Positions 10,299-20,477 of a DNA stretch of 54,562 nucleotides are shown piece after piece. The notes beneath the pieces were generated by a model. The model made no database searches, was not told the DNA's origin, and was given only the letters and a program-made list of their open reading frames with translations. The position numbers and the translations under genes are program-made. The stretch is from NCBI GenBank assembly GCA_051439425.1, contig JBFRWD010000142.1, positions 1-54,562 of the forward strand, in the 5' to 3' direction. The stretch is from Synechococcus sp. (GTDB lineage: Bacteria; Cyanobacteriota; Cyanobacteriia; Thermostichales; PCC-7336). Numbering within the stretch: the first letter of the stretch is position 1; each line of letters begins with the position of its first letter.

Positions 10299-11978
10299 TC
10301 ATGCACGAGCATCCACAGAGACTGTCCCTTCTGCTCGATTGGTTGTCGCTGCCCGATTGGCTTCAACTTGGTCTCTGAGTTGGTCAAGCCAGTTCAACAG
10401 CAAATCCCCCAGTTCCACATTTCGCTTGCTCAAATTCGCAGGAGCCATATGCTTGCCAGGAAGAGTGGCAAACATCGTGTTATAAGATTTCTGCTCGAAG
10501 ACTGCGCGCAAGAAGTCAATCGTGCCAGCCTTTGCGGCAATTCGATCGTTCGCAAATTTCACAATGCCCGTGAAATGGAACGACTCGCTGTTGCCAATCA
10601 GACATTGAGTAGCTTCTGTCGATGGACGAGCATCGATAAATGGCTTGACGGCATCAGCGATCACCTTCACCGGAATCGCCCCCTCAATCCCAGTAATCAC
10701 GGGAGCCATCAACACCATCGGTTGGTCTTCTAAGGATAAGTATTCGGGACCTTCTGTTTGCAGGAACTCCCGTAGGAGCTGTTTTACCTCGCTGACGCGC
10801 TTCTGATTACCCACACAAACATCTAAGTCGGACAATAGGCGATCGAACTCTGCCGGATCGGTAATGTTTTTCAGCTTGCGCAGGCGATCGACCGGCCCTA
10901 GTAGTTCCAACAATGAAATATACTTGCACCCCAAACTGTGCCCCAACCAAAAATAATTACCCTGGCGGAATTTCTTTGGATCGGTATAGAGATCGAGATT
11001 GGCAGTGTACCCCATCCGCTTAGCTTCTTCATAGATGGCGTGGCGTAACGGCCTCGCATCCCGCACCATGCCAGTGGCCACCGACCAATGGTTGAGGGTA
11101 AATCGGTAGGGCAGCGCAACCACGGTGTAGCCACCCTGGAACAATCGCCGCAAAATATAGCGGTAAAAAATCGTGGGAAATGTACCAAATCCAGCACCGC
11201 CAATGAAATAGACCACCCCTTTGGGTTCGGGATGAATCAGCACCCAGTTAAACGCCAGCGGAATGAAGTTGAGTTTGACGGAGCGATCGATCCCCAACGT
11301 CGGTAATTGAGTCTGCGTATATCGTTCGGTCAACAGCAAGCTCAACGCCAACACCGTTTCGGACGCGCTTCCCAGTAATGTCCCCACCATTGCAGACGGA
11401 ATCGCATTACCGACCAGCGACACTAGAGTCCCCACAATCAATACGTTCCACAAACTCTCTGTCCGCACCCAAAAGCCGATACCAACCAGCAAGAGGAAGA
11501 CATTGACAGCAATCGTAATCACGGGAGGAGAAACAGCGGAGCCGGGTGCCAATGCATACCGCAAAACTCCAAATTGCTCCGGAGCCAGTGCTAGGGTCAA
11601 CCCCAGATAGTTTTTGAAGATTTCGAACACCGCCAACCCAGCAGCCAAAATCCAGGCACCGAACCGTACCGGGCCGATCGCCCATCCAGCCCCTGCCCGA
11701 TTGGCTAGCTCCACTCCAACCGCAATCAAGAACGGAACGGAAATGTAGTGAAACAGGAAACGGGCACGACTGAGTGCCGCTAACGTCTCTCCACCGCCTA
11801 AATAGCTGCCCGCAAACAACACAGCATTATCAAATGCCATCGTGGCCAAGATGGCTGGCAACACCAGCATCGCCACACTTTTTTCTCGCGACCACAGTCG
11901 CAACGACCACCCGATCAGCCAAACATCCGCGATCGCCAATAGTAAATGTCCGACTGGATAGATTCCATCAAGCATCAT
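10299..11978 (-). CDS. Fusion of a multi-pass membrane domain and a DUF1350 alpha/beta hydrolase
   Basis: First ~215 aa are hydrophobic (6-7 helices); the C-terminal half has PKGVVYFIGGAGFGTFPTIFYR, GHSLGCK (nucleophile elbow) and LPGKHMAP. Confidence 0.82.
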   Translation of the reverse strand: MMLDGIYPVGHLLLAIADVWLIGWSLRLWSREKSVAMLVLPAILATMAFDNAVLFAGSYLGGGETLAALSRARFLFHYISVPFLIAVGVELANRAGAGWAIGPVRFGAWILAAGLAVFEIFKNYLGLTLALAPEQFGVLRYALAPGSAVSPPVITIAVNVFLLLVGIGFWVRTESLWNVLIVGTLVSLVGNAIPSAMVGTLLGSASETVLALSLLLTERYTQTQLPTLGIDRSVKLNFIPLAFNWVLIHPEPKGVVYFIGGAGFGTFPTIFYRYILRRLFQGGYTVVALPYRFTLNHWSVATGMVRDARPLRHAIYEEAKRMGYTANLDLYTDPKKFRQGNYFWLGHSLGCKYISLLELLGPVDRLRKLKNITDPAEFDRLLSDLDVCVGNQKRVSEVKQLLREFLQTEGPEYLSLEDQPMVLMAPVITGIEGAIPVKVIADAVKPFIDARPSTEATQCLIGNSESFHFTGIVKFANDRIAAKAGTIDFLRAVFEQKSYNTMFATLPGKHMAPANLSKRNVELGDLLLNWLDQLRDQVEANRAATTNRAEGTVSVDARA

Positions 11979-12039
11979 TCATTCTCTCGAAAACTACGAA
12001 CTGTCTTGTGTCGTACGTTTCTATTACGGCAAGAATGGG

Positions 12040-12936
12040 TCAAGAACTCTCCTCAAACTGTGCCTGTTGCTTCTGAATTTGCAGTCCCTTGAAATACACG
12101 AGGGCGGTGAAAATAAACACGCCTGCTTCCGTCCCACCGGCATCATGCAAGATATGGAACAACGCATTCCACGTCACCTGCGGATCGGTCACGGGATTAC
12201 CACCATATTTATCTAGCAACGCGATAAAGCCGAGATTAACACCTACAGAAAATAGTGGGAATAGCACAATCTTCCAATCTTTGAGTAGCTTATATCCGCG
12301 ATAGGTGAGAACAGAGAAAACTAACGTTAGAGCAATATAGATCGGAATCTTGTAGCTGGGATTATCTGCTTTATATCCCAGCGGATAGAGAATTGAAACG
12401 GCTAATAAACTAAGGGCAAATATCACATTTACAAGATGAGTTTTCCAGGTTGTTTGTTCTACCAAACCATCAGCCCACAGCGCAAATGCAGAAATCAGAA
12501 AGAAATAGAACATGAAATTGAGCATGGTGAACTGGTTTTGGTAATACCAGCACTGCGTGACGTGCCAGCCCATCTCAGAGGCGATCGACACCATGATCAG
12601 GGATAGCCCTAACTGAGATCCAAAGATCGCTTTCGGCGACCAGTTCAGAACAATCAGGCTCTTATAAAACACCCGCATCGCTAGCGGAATCAACGCAAAT
12701 GTCAGGGTATGAGTGACGATCAATCCCAATTTCCAACCACCAACAATACAAGTGGCACCTGCTGAAGTATCGGGAATTCCTGGTAAGGACGCGAGAATGT
12801 AGCCAAAGCCCCCGAGCGCAATTGCAAAGCAAAGACCAACAATCGCTAGATCGGTCGTGAAAATACGACGATTGGATAGATCGGGAAACTGCAAAAAGCG
12901 ATCGTTCCGATCGCGGTCTGAGAGATCGGCAACCAT
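12040..12936 (-). CDS. Hypothetical multi-pass membrane protein
   Basis: 298-aa ORF with about 8 hydrophobic segments and His motifs SEMGWH and FHILHD; same strand as, and 61 bp from, the next gene. Confidence 0.8.
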   Translation of the reverse strand: MVADLSDRDRNDRFLQFPDLSNRRIFTTDLAIVGLCFAIALGGFGYILASLPGIPDTSAGATCIVGGWKLGLIVTHTLTFALIPLAMRVFYKSLIVLNWSPKAIFGSQLGLSLIMVSIASEMGWHVTQCWYYQNQFTMLNFMFYFFLISAFALWADGLVEQTTWKTHLVNVIFALSLLAVSILYPLGYKADNPSYKIPIYIALTLVFSVLTYRGYKLLKDWKIVLFPLFSVGVNLGFIALLDKYGGNPVTDPQVTWNALFHILHDAGGTEAGVFIFTALVYFKGLQIQKQQAQFEESS

Positions 12937-13440
12937 AGTGAATGTCCTTCAAGGTGAGTGAAACAGAGCGATCGTACCGCGCACGATTGTCGAGGTCGCC
13001 ACATAGCCCAGCTCAACACTCAACATGGAACGGCAGAGGATAGACGTTATTTTTTACCCTAAAGATTGATGTTGATGGAGTCTTCGGCAACCGATATGTT
13101 ATTTCAAGGAATTCACGACCGAGACATTTCCTGTAATTCTACGCATTCATCTCTGCCGGTATGCACGTCCAATCATTGATTTCGAGATCGTTTTGTAAAC
13201 CAGTCTCATTCGCTCGAAATAGTGCTTCAGTTGGAAGCATCGAAAATATAATCTTATGCCCAACGGCATCGTCATAACAATAATTATCAAAATTGGAATT
13301 ATCTATTGAAAATCTCAAATTTCATATAGCGATGCGCTATATCCCAGCCCATTTGGGTAGTAAGAATCTGTTATGAAGCACCTGGATTTTAGAGAAATTC
13401 TAGGCGATCTTGGCGTATTTGACTCCATTTCTCAAGCAGA

Positions 13441-13535
13441 TATAGCAGTGGCCATACCACTGCGGACATTTCAGCTATGTCCAGACCTGGCTGCGATTGG
13501 AACCCTCTGTCCTAACTGAAATGGCGAATGTCATA
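13441..13535. mobile_element. MITE-like element, copy 1 (91 bp plus flanking TA)
   Basis: Near-identical to 15821-15914 (7 substitutions, 1 indel); TA at both ends; imperfect terminal inverted repeats. Confidence 0.82.
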
Positions 13536-14073
13536 TAGTCCACAATTTCCAAGGGCAGTCAATCCATTCAGAGTCCCAGCCATCTTCAGAGCATCAACAC
13601 ATGAGGGTTTGGCTAACAATAGCCTCACAATTTTGATGGAGTGGGTAAATCCTCTAGAGGTTTCCGTGAAGGTGATGGAGTACAACGTTGGCACTCAACA
13701 TTGCATATCTAGAACCGGGAAAACTGTTCCTCCAATCGGCAAACCAAGCCGTGCAAGAAATTGAAAGCGAGTTTGGCCAGTCAGTCTAGGAGCGTCGCCT
13801 AAAAGTCCAGCTCATATCGGTCACTTAAGCTACAGTGCCAAACACAGCTTATTCGCGTGCACTAATGCCTATCCCACAGGAATAGCCGATCTGGCCACAT
13901 TGAGCCTGGACTATCACCGACCCAAGACTTGACCGAAGGGGATTCGATTGGGCGGGGGGTTAGCCTGAAACGATGGGTCAAAGACCGGGTGATGCTTCCC
14001 TTTCGTCTGGCACATTCCATCTTCCAGTTCTTCAACATTTTCAGCCCAATGATTAAAGGTCAGCCGCTGGCAT

Positions 14074-14487
14074 CTAGGAGTCAGGCTGGTTGTAAGTCAC
14101 TTCCACGCAGGTGTGAACATTGCCGCGCGGGTTAAAGTCCCCTTTGAGGTGGGCCCATACTGGTTGAATCGCTTCCACGATGTCATCCAAAATTTTGTTC
14201 GTGACTTCTTCGTGGGGGATGTACTCGTCACGATAGCTGTTGATGTAGAGCTTGAGGGATTTCAGTTCCACCACCAGGGGTCCGGGAGTATAGGTGAGAG
14301 TGAATGTAGCAAAGTCGGGGTAGCCAGAGAAGGGGCACTTGCAGGTGAATTCCGGCAAAACGATTTGAACCTTATAGTCTCGACCCACCCGAGGATTGGG
14401 AAACGTGACAAACTGATTATCGGCGATCGCACTCTCGCCATATTTCGGCTCGTTACTAGAAGAGCCGGTGTTAGAGGAAACTGTCAT
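14074..14487 (-). CDS. queF: preQ1 synthase (NADPH-dependent 7-cyano-7-deazaguanine reductase)
   Basis: PEFTCKCPFSGYPDFA, VELKSLKLY, HEE, FNPRGN; start placed at ATG 14487. Confidence 0.96.
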   Translation of the reverse strand: MTVSSNTGSSSNEPKYGESAIADNQFVTFPNPRVGRDYKVQIVLPEFTCKCPFSGYPDFATFTLTYTPGPLVVELKSLKLYINSYRDEYIPHEEVTNKILDDIVEAIQPVWAHLKGDFNPRGNVHTCVEVTYNQPDS

Positions 14488-14626
14488 AGCTGCAAGTGAA
14501 GTGTCGGGAATCCAGTTACTATTCTGTAAGCAATTCTGACGATCTAATTGGGTCAAGACTACAGAGTTAGTGTTGACCCAGCCGCCTCGGCATCAAAACT
14601 GGCCCGCCTATTATAGAACCTGCGAC

Positions 14627-15124
14627 GTGACTTCACCCAACCCCAATCGTACAGTTACCCTCAGTGTCCTCGGACTGGCGATCGCTGCCCTTGCCGTCGC
14701 CGGTCTCACCATCTGGCACCCTCTCGTTCAGCAGCTTTTCGAGGCCAGCATGCAGAACCTCCAAGCAGCCATCGGCCAACTGCAACCCCCAACTGACTCT
14801 GCTGGAGACGAGAACTCTGTCCTGCAATGGTTACTGATTGCCTTTAGCACTGTTTTTGTAGCGGAGATGGGCGATAAAACCCAACTGGCCACCATGCTGA
14901 TGAGTGCGCAAGGGAAATCCCCTTGGAGTATTTTCGTGGGGTCAGCTTCGGCACTAGTGGCAGCCAGCCTGGTCAGCGTAACGTTAGGAGGCTGGTTGTC
15001 AGCATTGGTGCCACCAGAGCTATTGCAAGGGGTGGCAGGCATCAGCTTCATCCTGTTAGGCATCTACGTATTGTGGGCGGAATTGACGGGCATGGAGGAA
15101 GACGTGGCCAACAGCGATAATTAA
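14627..15124 (+). CDS. TMEM165/GDT1 (UPF0016) family half-transporter
   Basis: AEMGDKTQLA motif followed by hydrophobic helices; start uncertain (14570 or 14627). Confidence 0.9.
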   Translation: MTSPNPNRTVTLSVLGLAIAALAVAGLTIWHPLVQQLFEASMQNLQAAIGQLQPPTDSAGDENSVLQWLLIAFSTVFVAEMGDKTQLATMLMSAQGKSPWSIFVGSASALVAASLVSVTLGGWLSALVPPELLQGVAGISFILLGIYVLWAELTGMEEDVANSDN

Positions 15125-15157
15125 TTGCATGGCGGGGGCAATGCATGATAGGGGGAC

Positions 15158-15571
15158 ATGCCTAATCGGATACAGGTGACGACCGATCGACTGGAGAACA
15201 ATGCAGGAATGACCCATTTAGAAACAGAGTCTGAATCAGATAGCAGGGCTCCAGGCATGCAGGACGACGCTGAACCGGCGATCTCGAATCAGACCAAGGT
15301 AGGGTTAGTAGCCTTCGGGTCAATTTTTTTAGCTGAGATGGGGGACAAAACCCAACTAGCCACAGTGCTGCTCAGCGCTCAGTCTCACCACCCCGTCATT
15401 ACATTTGCAGGGGCGGCCTCTGCTTTGGTCTTGACCAGCTTGATCGGGGTATGGGCTGGCCGCTGGGTCGCCGATCGCGTGTCTCCACGCACGATCAAGT
15501 TGACTGCGGGGATTGGATTCATCGGGATCGGTGGCTGGGTGCTTTGGGATGTATTGCAAACCACTAGTTGA
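15158..15571 (+). CDS. TMEM165/GDT1 (UPF0016) family half-transporter
   Basis: Second FLAEMGDKTQLA motif; tandem with the previous gene. Confidence 0.9.
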   Translation: MPNRIQVTTDRLENNAGMTHLETESESDSRAPGMQDDAEPAISNQTKVGLVAFGSIFLAEMGDKTQLATVLLSAQSHHPVITFAGAASALVLTSLIGVWAGRWVADRVSPRTIKLTAGIGFIGIGGWVLWDVLQTTS

Positions 15572-15729
15572 GGTTGCCCGAGCGTGAACCTGCCAGATTG
15601 GAGAGTTGTGCGAGCTGAAGCCTCCGTGCTGGAGATCCCGAGAATTAGGGGAATATCACGACGTGGAAGGTTAACCGTTCGATCGAAGAATAGTGCCAGT
15701 GACATCGAAGAGTGGAGAGCAGTGCCAGA

Positions 15730-16441
15730 GTATTACCCATCGTCAAAAGCCCAGCAAGCATAGCGTCCGGGCTCTATCCATATCGAAAAGTGTTTGCGAG
15801 CGCAGCAGGCTTTGAGCATGTATGGCAGTGGCCATACCACTGCGGACATTTCAGCTATGTCTAGACCTGACTGCGATCGGAACCTCTGTCCTAACTGAAA
15901 TGGCAAATACCATAAGTCACTATGTGAGCGACTGGTTGCAGAGTCAGAACAAGACTCTGCAAAGGATCGATGCCCAGCGTGTGTTTCCAGAGGGCCAACA
16001 TGTCAGTCGTCAGCTATGCGTGAGGCCGTCTTGGAAGCGGGCTGGGACCGGCAAGAATTAATTAGGCAGCATCAACCGTTGCGAGCAAGCACCAGGGTCG
16101 CGGGCGAGAGGTACTATCTCTAGATTGGACGCTGGCGCATCACGATCGGAGTCGAGAGCTCTACGCGGCTAAACGAGCCTACGCTTACGTCGACAGTTGG
16201 ATGAGTGGCTATCAAACAGTAATGACCGCTGTCGTCGCCCCCCAGAGCGTCTGAATGGTGTGGCGATGGAGGTGGAATATCCGATGCCCGTCATTGGGAA
16301 CCCTCGCGAGTGACTCAAACTTGGAGTTATCGCTGGCCTGTCGAAATCTTTCATGAGTTTGCCAAGTAGCTGACGGGACTGGAGTCGGCTCAGCTACGCA
16401 AGGAGGAAGCGGTCAAGCGCCATTTCTGCCTGAGTTGTGTC
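15730..16441 (+). pseudogene. Degraded DDE transposase (IS701-like), interrupted by a MITE, frameshifted and internally deleted
   Basis: Fragments read manually: VLPIVKSPASIASGLYPYRKVFASAAGFEHV|SHYVSDWLQSQNKTLQ...; AMREAVLEAGWD...; HQGRGREVLSLDWTLAHHDR...YQTVMTAVV; HWEPSRVTQTWSYRWPVEIFHEFAK*LTGLESAQLRKEEAVKRHFCLSCV. The LDWT and RWPVE motifs fit a DDE catalytic core; the family assignment is from memory. Confidence 0.8.
15821..15914. mobile_element. MITE-like element, copy 2 (90 bp plus TA duplication)
   Basis: Removing the element and one TA restores GAG CAT GTA AGT CAC TAT in the transposase frame; ends are TATGGCAGTGGCCA / TGGCAAATACCATA (11/14 inverted match). Confidence 0.88.
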
Positions 16442-16712
16442 CTCTCACCAGGGTGCTGACTACAATGAGCTTCGAGCGATTGACAGAATTCGTCCACTTC
16501 CCAAAACAGTTGGCTCATATCGGGACGAGATTTTATCTCCATGGCTTATACCGAGCGTTGCTTGCTCTCTGAGGTATCGGCTCTGTTTCTTCAAGGCTCA
16601 CTCTGTCGAGCTGACGTTACGTTAGCGAACGGCAGACTCATTGCCGCGAGATCTCGGAACCTGCTATGAGCAAGAAATATTGATAAGATGCTGCTGCAAT
16701 TCAGGCTTGCTC

Positions 16713-17654
16713 ATGGAGACTCCTTCCAATCCCCCTGCACCGGCATCCTCATTTTTACCCGACATCGATCGTCACTCTTACTCTGACGCCCATCTGGCAT
16801 TTTCACTTGTCATTCCTGTCTACAATGAAGAGGAAGGTGTATCCCAAACTCTAGACGATTTGCATCGAGTTCTGGGGCAATCCAACTATCAATACGAAGT
16901 GATTGCCGTAGATGATGGATCGAGTGATCGCACTGCCGATATTTTGGCTCATCGCACCGATATTCGGCTGATTCGCCACGGCAGTAATCGCGGGTACGGA
17001 GCAGCATTAAAAACAGGCATCTCGCGAGCAAAATATGACTTGGTAGCCATTACCGACGCCGACAGCACATATCCGTGCGAACGCTTACCCGATCTCGTTC
17101 GCTTGGCTCGTGAAACCGATATGGTTGTGGGTGCGAGGACAGGGGAGAACGTGACTTATTCCACCCTGCGCAAAATTCCCAAATGGTTCCTAGTCCATTT
17201 TTCTGAATGGATCGTGAAGCAGAAAATTCCCGATTTAAACAGCGGTATGCGAGTCTTTCGCAAAACATCCGTCATGAACTTCTTCGGCATTCTCCCCGAC
17301 ACCTTCAGCTTCACCACGACCATAACGCTGGCGATGCTGACCAATAACTACATTGTGCGCTACGAACCCATCGACTATTTTCATCGGGCTGGCCACAGTA
17401 AAATCAAGCCCATTCGAGATACGCTGCGTTTTATCCAGCTCATTGTGAGAGTCGGAGTCTATTTCGCGCCGCTCAGAATTTTTCTACCCGTCGCCGGCTT
17501 CTTTTTTCTTGGATTTATTGTTTCGCTATGGAATGACTTATTTTTGCTTCGCGATCTGACCGAATCGACGTTGATTCTATTTGTGACCTTCATTCAGATT
17601 TCAATGTTTGCACTGCTCGCAGACATGATCGACAAACGCACGGGTCAATATTGA
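16713..17654 (+). CDS. Glycosyltransferase family 2 (DPM1-like) with C-terminal TM helices
   Basis: SLVIPVYNEE, VDDGSSD, NRGYGAALK, ITDADSTY; start at ATG 16713. Confidence 0.93.
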   Translation: METPSNPPAPASSFLPDIDRHSYSDAHLAFSLVIPVYNEEEGVSQTLDDLHRVLGQSNYQYEVIAVDDGSSDRTADILAHRTDIRLIRHGSNRGYGAALKTGISRAKYDLVAITDADSTYPCERLPDLVRLARETDMVVGARTGENVTYSTLRKIPKWFLVHFSEWIVKQKIPDLNSGMRVFRKTSVMNFFGILPDTFSFTTTITLAMLTNNYIVRYEPIDYFHRAGHSKIKPIRDTLRFIQLIVRVGVYFAPLRIFLPVAGFFFLGFIVSLWNDLFLLRDLTESTLILFVTFIQISMFALLADMIDKRTGQY

Positions 17655-17760
17655 CCCCATCTGAGTCCGACACCCCGAGCCCCAACCCTTTTCCCAATGT
17701 GGGAGAAAAGAGCAGGAGGATCCCCTAATAAGTTCGATTCATGGGCTTAGGCAACAAAAT

Positions 17761-17782
17761 AGCGCTCTTGAAGAAGAGCGCT
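17761..17782. terminator. Hairpin between the convergent GT2 and ABC genes
   Basis: Perfect 9-bp stem AGCGCTCTT-GAAG-AAGAGCGCT. Confidence 0.45.
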
Positions 17783-17835
17783 TAAGACTACATGGCTGCC
17801 TCAGCCCATTGCCACAAAATCGAGACCGAACGAGG

Positions 17836-19710
17836 CTAAGACGAGGATTTAGCAGTTTCTCTATACTGCATCTGGTGAAACTCCCACAACTGCCCCCGTT
17901 TATCGAGCAATTCTTTATACGTACCTTGCTCGACAACACGCCCCGCATCCAAAACAATAACCTTATCGGCGTCATAAATTGTTGAAAGACGGTGGGCAAT
18001 CATAATGACCGTTCTTCCCTTCACCAATTTCTCTAATGAGGCTTGAATCAGCTGCTCGGTTACAGAGTCCAGCGCACTAGTCGCCTCATCTAAAATCAAA
18101 ATCTCGGGGTTGCGGACTAATGCCCGAGCAATTGAAATCCGCTGTCGCTGCCCACCAGACAAACGAACACCACGATCGCCAAGCTGGGTATCCATCCCTT
18201 CAGGCATCTCGTGAATGAAATCTAGGGCATTTGCCTGACGAGCGGCTTCTAGAATAGCGCTGTCATCGACATCATTGAGTCCATACGCGATATTGTCTCT
18301 CACAGAAGCATTGAAAATAAACGTGTCTTGGCTGACAATCGCCATCTTCTTACGGAAAGACTCGATATCAAGCTGAGCCAAGTCGACTCCATCTACTAAA
18401 ATCGTGCCGTCTGTGGGCTCAATCAAGCGCAACATCAAATCGACAATTGTGCTTTTTCCCGCGCCTGATGACCCCACGAGTGCCGTAGTTTGTCCTTTCT
18501 CAAAGGACAGATTGAGCGAGCTCAGGATTGGGCTACCAGATACATAAGAAAAACTAACATTTACCAGATCGACAGAGTTCTTGAGACCTGGAAATGGTAG
18601 CTCACCATTTTCGAACAAAGGTTTATTTCTGGGATCGATCAGATTAGAGATGCGTTCCAACGACCCACGCTCAGCCGCTATTTTGGCCAAGTTATTCAGA
18701 CACTGGTACACAGATGGAAGTGCACGAATCAGAGCAAACAAATACGTGATCAGGATGGTTGCTTGAGACGTATCATCCGTTGACAAAATGATGTAAGCAA
18801 CGGCAACCACAATCACCATTGCCGTACTTCCCAGAGCTTGGGAGAGTGGCTTGGTCATAGCAGTCAGTTTCGCTATTCTGCGGCTAACCTTCTCCGATGC
18901 ATCAATACCACGATGTAACTTATCCTGCTCGTAGTCAAACGTTGCATATGAATGAACGGTGCGTACCCCGTTGATGAATTCGACAAAGCCGGATGTGACA
19001 ACTTCGTTCGCTTTGGGCAGAGCGTAGCTAGCTTTGCGCGTCTTACCTCGAATCAGAGAGACCATGCCGATCAAAATAGATAACAGCATGAATGCGAAAA
19101 TAGATATTTTCCAAGAGATGACGAACATTGCAGCAACAAACGCCAATGCCTGTAGCGCTGCAATCATGAAAACCGAGTAGAGATTAAATAGGTTTTCTAC
19201 TTTCTGGAGTTCTGTTGTGACCGTGTTGAGAAGGTTACTACTGCGTTCGTTGACGTAGAAATGGAATTTGAGAGATTTTAAACGCCTGAAAATGCTCTTC
19301 CGTAAACGCGCGACTAATCGATAACGTGTATAGCCTGCATATAGCTGGCCAAGATAGAGAAAGGCAGATTGCATCCAACTGACAATCAGGAGGAGTAACG
19401 TCACCCTGAATATACGAGTATTGGCTGCTGCTCCCACAGGATTCAGCCAACCATCTAACCACGATAAGCCAGTTTGAAATGAGGGCGAGTCAGGCTCTGT
19501 CAAGCCCTGCAAAAAGAGGGCAATCAATCCAACAGTGGAGCCTCCAAAGGCTGCGGCCAGACCGGAAAATACAACTGCAGCAACCGCTAACCAATAGAAA
19601 TGCTTGAATTCTCTCAAAATGAAGCGATCCCGCTTCCACAGGTTAGTACTCTTAAATAGGGGTGCTGAAAACTTGTAGATTCCAGATAATGCAGGCTTTA
19701 ACACGAACAT
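17836..19710 (-). CDS. ABC exporter with fused permease and ATPase (HepA/MsbA-like)
   Basis: N-terminal TM domain, GSSGAGKST, LSGGQRQR, ILILDEATSALD, IAHRLST; the N-terminus resembles cyanobacterial HepA-type exporters. Confidence 0.92.
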   Translation of the reverse strand: MFVLKPALSGIYKFSAPLFKSTNLWKRDRFILREFKHFYWLAVAAVVFSGLAAAFGGSTVGLIALFLQGLTEPDSPSFQTGLSWLDGWLNPVGAAANTRIFRVTLLLLIVSWMQSAFLYLGQLYAGYTRYRLVARLRKSIFRRLKSLKFHFYVNERSSNLLNTVTTELQKVENLFNLYSVFMIAALQALAFVAAMFVISWKISIFAFMLLSILIGMVSLIRGKTRKASYALPKANEVVTSGFVEFINGVRTVHSYATFDYEQDKLHRGIDASEKVSRRIAKLTAMTKPLSQALGSTAMVIVVAVAYIILSTDDTSQATILITYLFALIRALPSVYQCLNNLAKIAAERGSLERISNLIDPRNKPLFENGELPFPGLKNSVDLVNVSFSYVSGSPILSSLNLSFEKGQTTALVGSSGAGKSTIVDLMLRLIEPTDGTILVDGVDLAQLDIESFRKKMAIVSQDTFIFNASVRDNIAYGLNDVDDSAILEAARQANALDFIHEMPEGMDTQLGDRGVRLSGGQRQRISIARALVRNPEILILDEATSALDSVTEQLIQASLEKLVKGRTVIMIAHRLSTIYDADKVIVLDAGRVVEQGTYKELLDKRGQLWEFHQMQYRETAKSSS

Positions 19711-20477
19711 ACCTCTAAGGTTTGCCTAATCGGTCTATGGACTGTGGAGATCGGGTCATCCTCCTGCAAAGAACGGGATGAATTCTCAATCGTATGAATC
19801 AAAACAAAATTCCTACGCTCGGGGCACAAACCTTGAACATAGAAGAGTAAAGATGCCAGAAGAAGACACATACAAAACTCAGGTCATCTCCTCATAACTG
19901 GAATGAGCTACCAAAATTAGTCGCATCGGCGGGAGGGATTCAACGTCGGTCAAGCAACGAGCAGTCTACTGTTCTAGCGTTAACGTGGATTGAAAATACG
20001 GTGATAGTTCGAGTTCTGACGGTCATGAATGGCATATGGGATGACAGGAAAAGCCCAGTACTTAATCTGCTGAGCAACCAAAGCAATCAGAGTTCTGCAA
20101 GACGATCGCAAGCTCACTGCGTAAATACTATACAGCTATGTCCCCAGCATTTTCTAAGCCAGATATCAGCAAGATAGTTTGTCACGGAAAACCTCACTTG
20201 ATGGGTACACTTAGCCGATCCATTTGGGGTACTACCTCTGGGGGGACGGAACGTCATGGAGTCCCTCAAGATACCAGGTGACGATGTTGGCCTTGCAGGC
20301 AGCATCAACAAAAGTCTCCACAAGCGTACAAATGCATAGGGCTAGTGTATGTCTAAATGAAATACAAGCCGAATGGCGATCGCCATTCGGCTTGTGACAC
20401 TAATGCAGGTTAAAGCCAACAACCATCAGCCAGGCAGAAACGAGGCTTGGTTCATCTTCGAATCGGCCGGAATAAAG

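Noticed and set aside
13512..14135. Small ORFs or a pseudogene between MITE copy 1 and queF
   Set aside because: Translated in several frames; no recognisable motif and no convincing RBS or start
13441..15914. Composite transposon carrying queF and the UPF0016 pair between the two MITE copies
   Set aside because: Each copy has its own TA flanks, copy 2 sits inside an unrelated transposase relic, and the enclosed genes are ordinary chromosomal genes; independent insertions are simpler
20114..20350. Possible further MITE or ORF
   Set aside because: Only very short matches (CAGCTATGTCC) to the MITE and no clear terminal repeats
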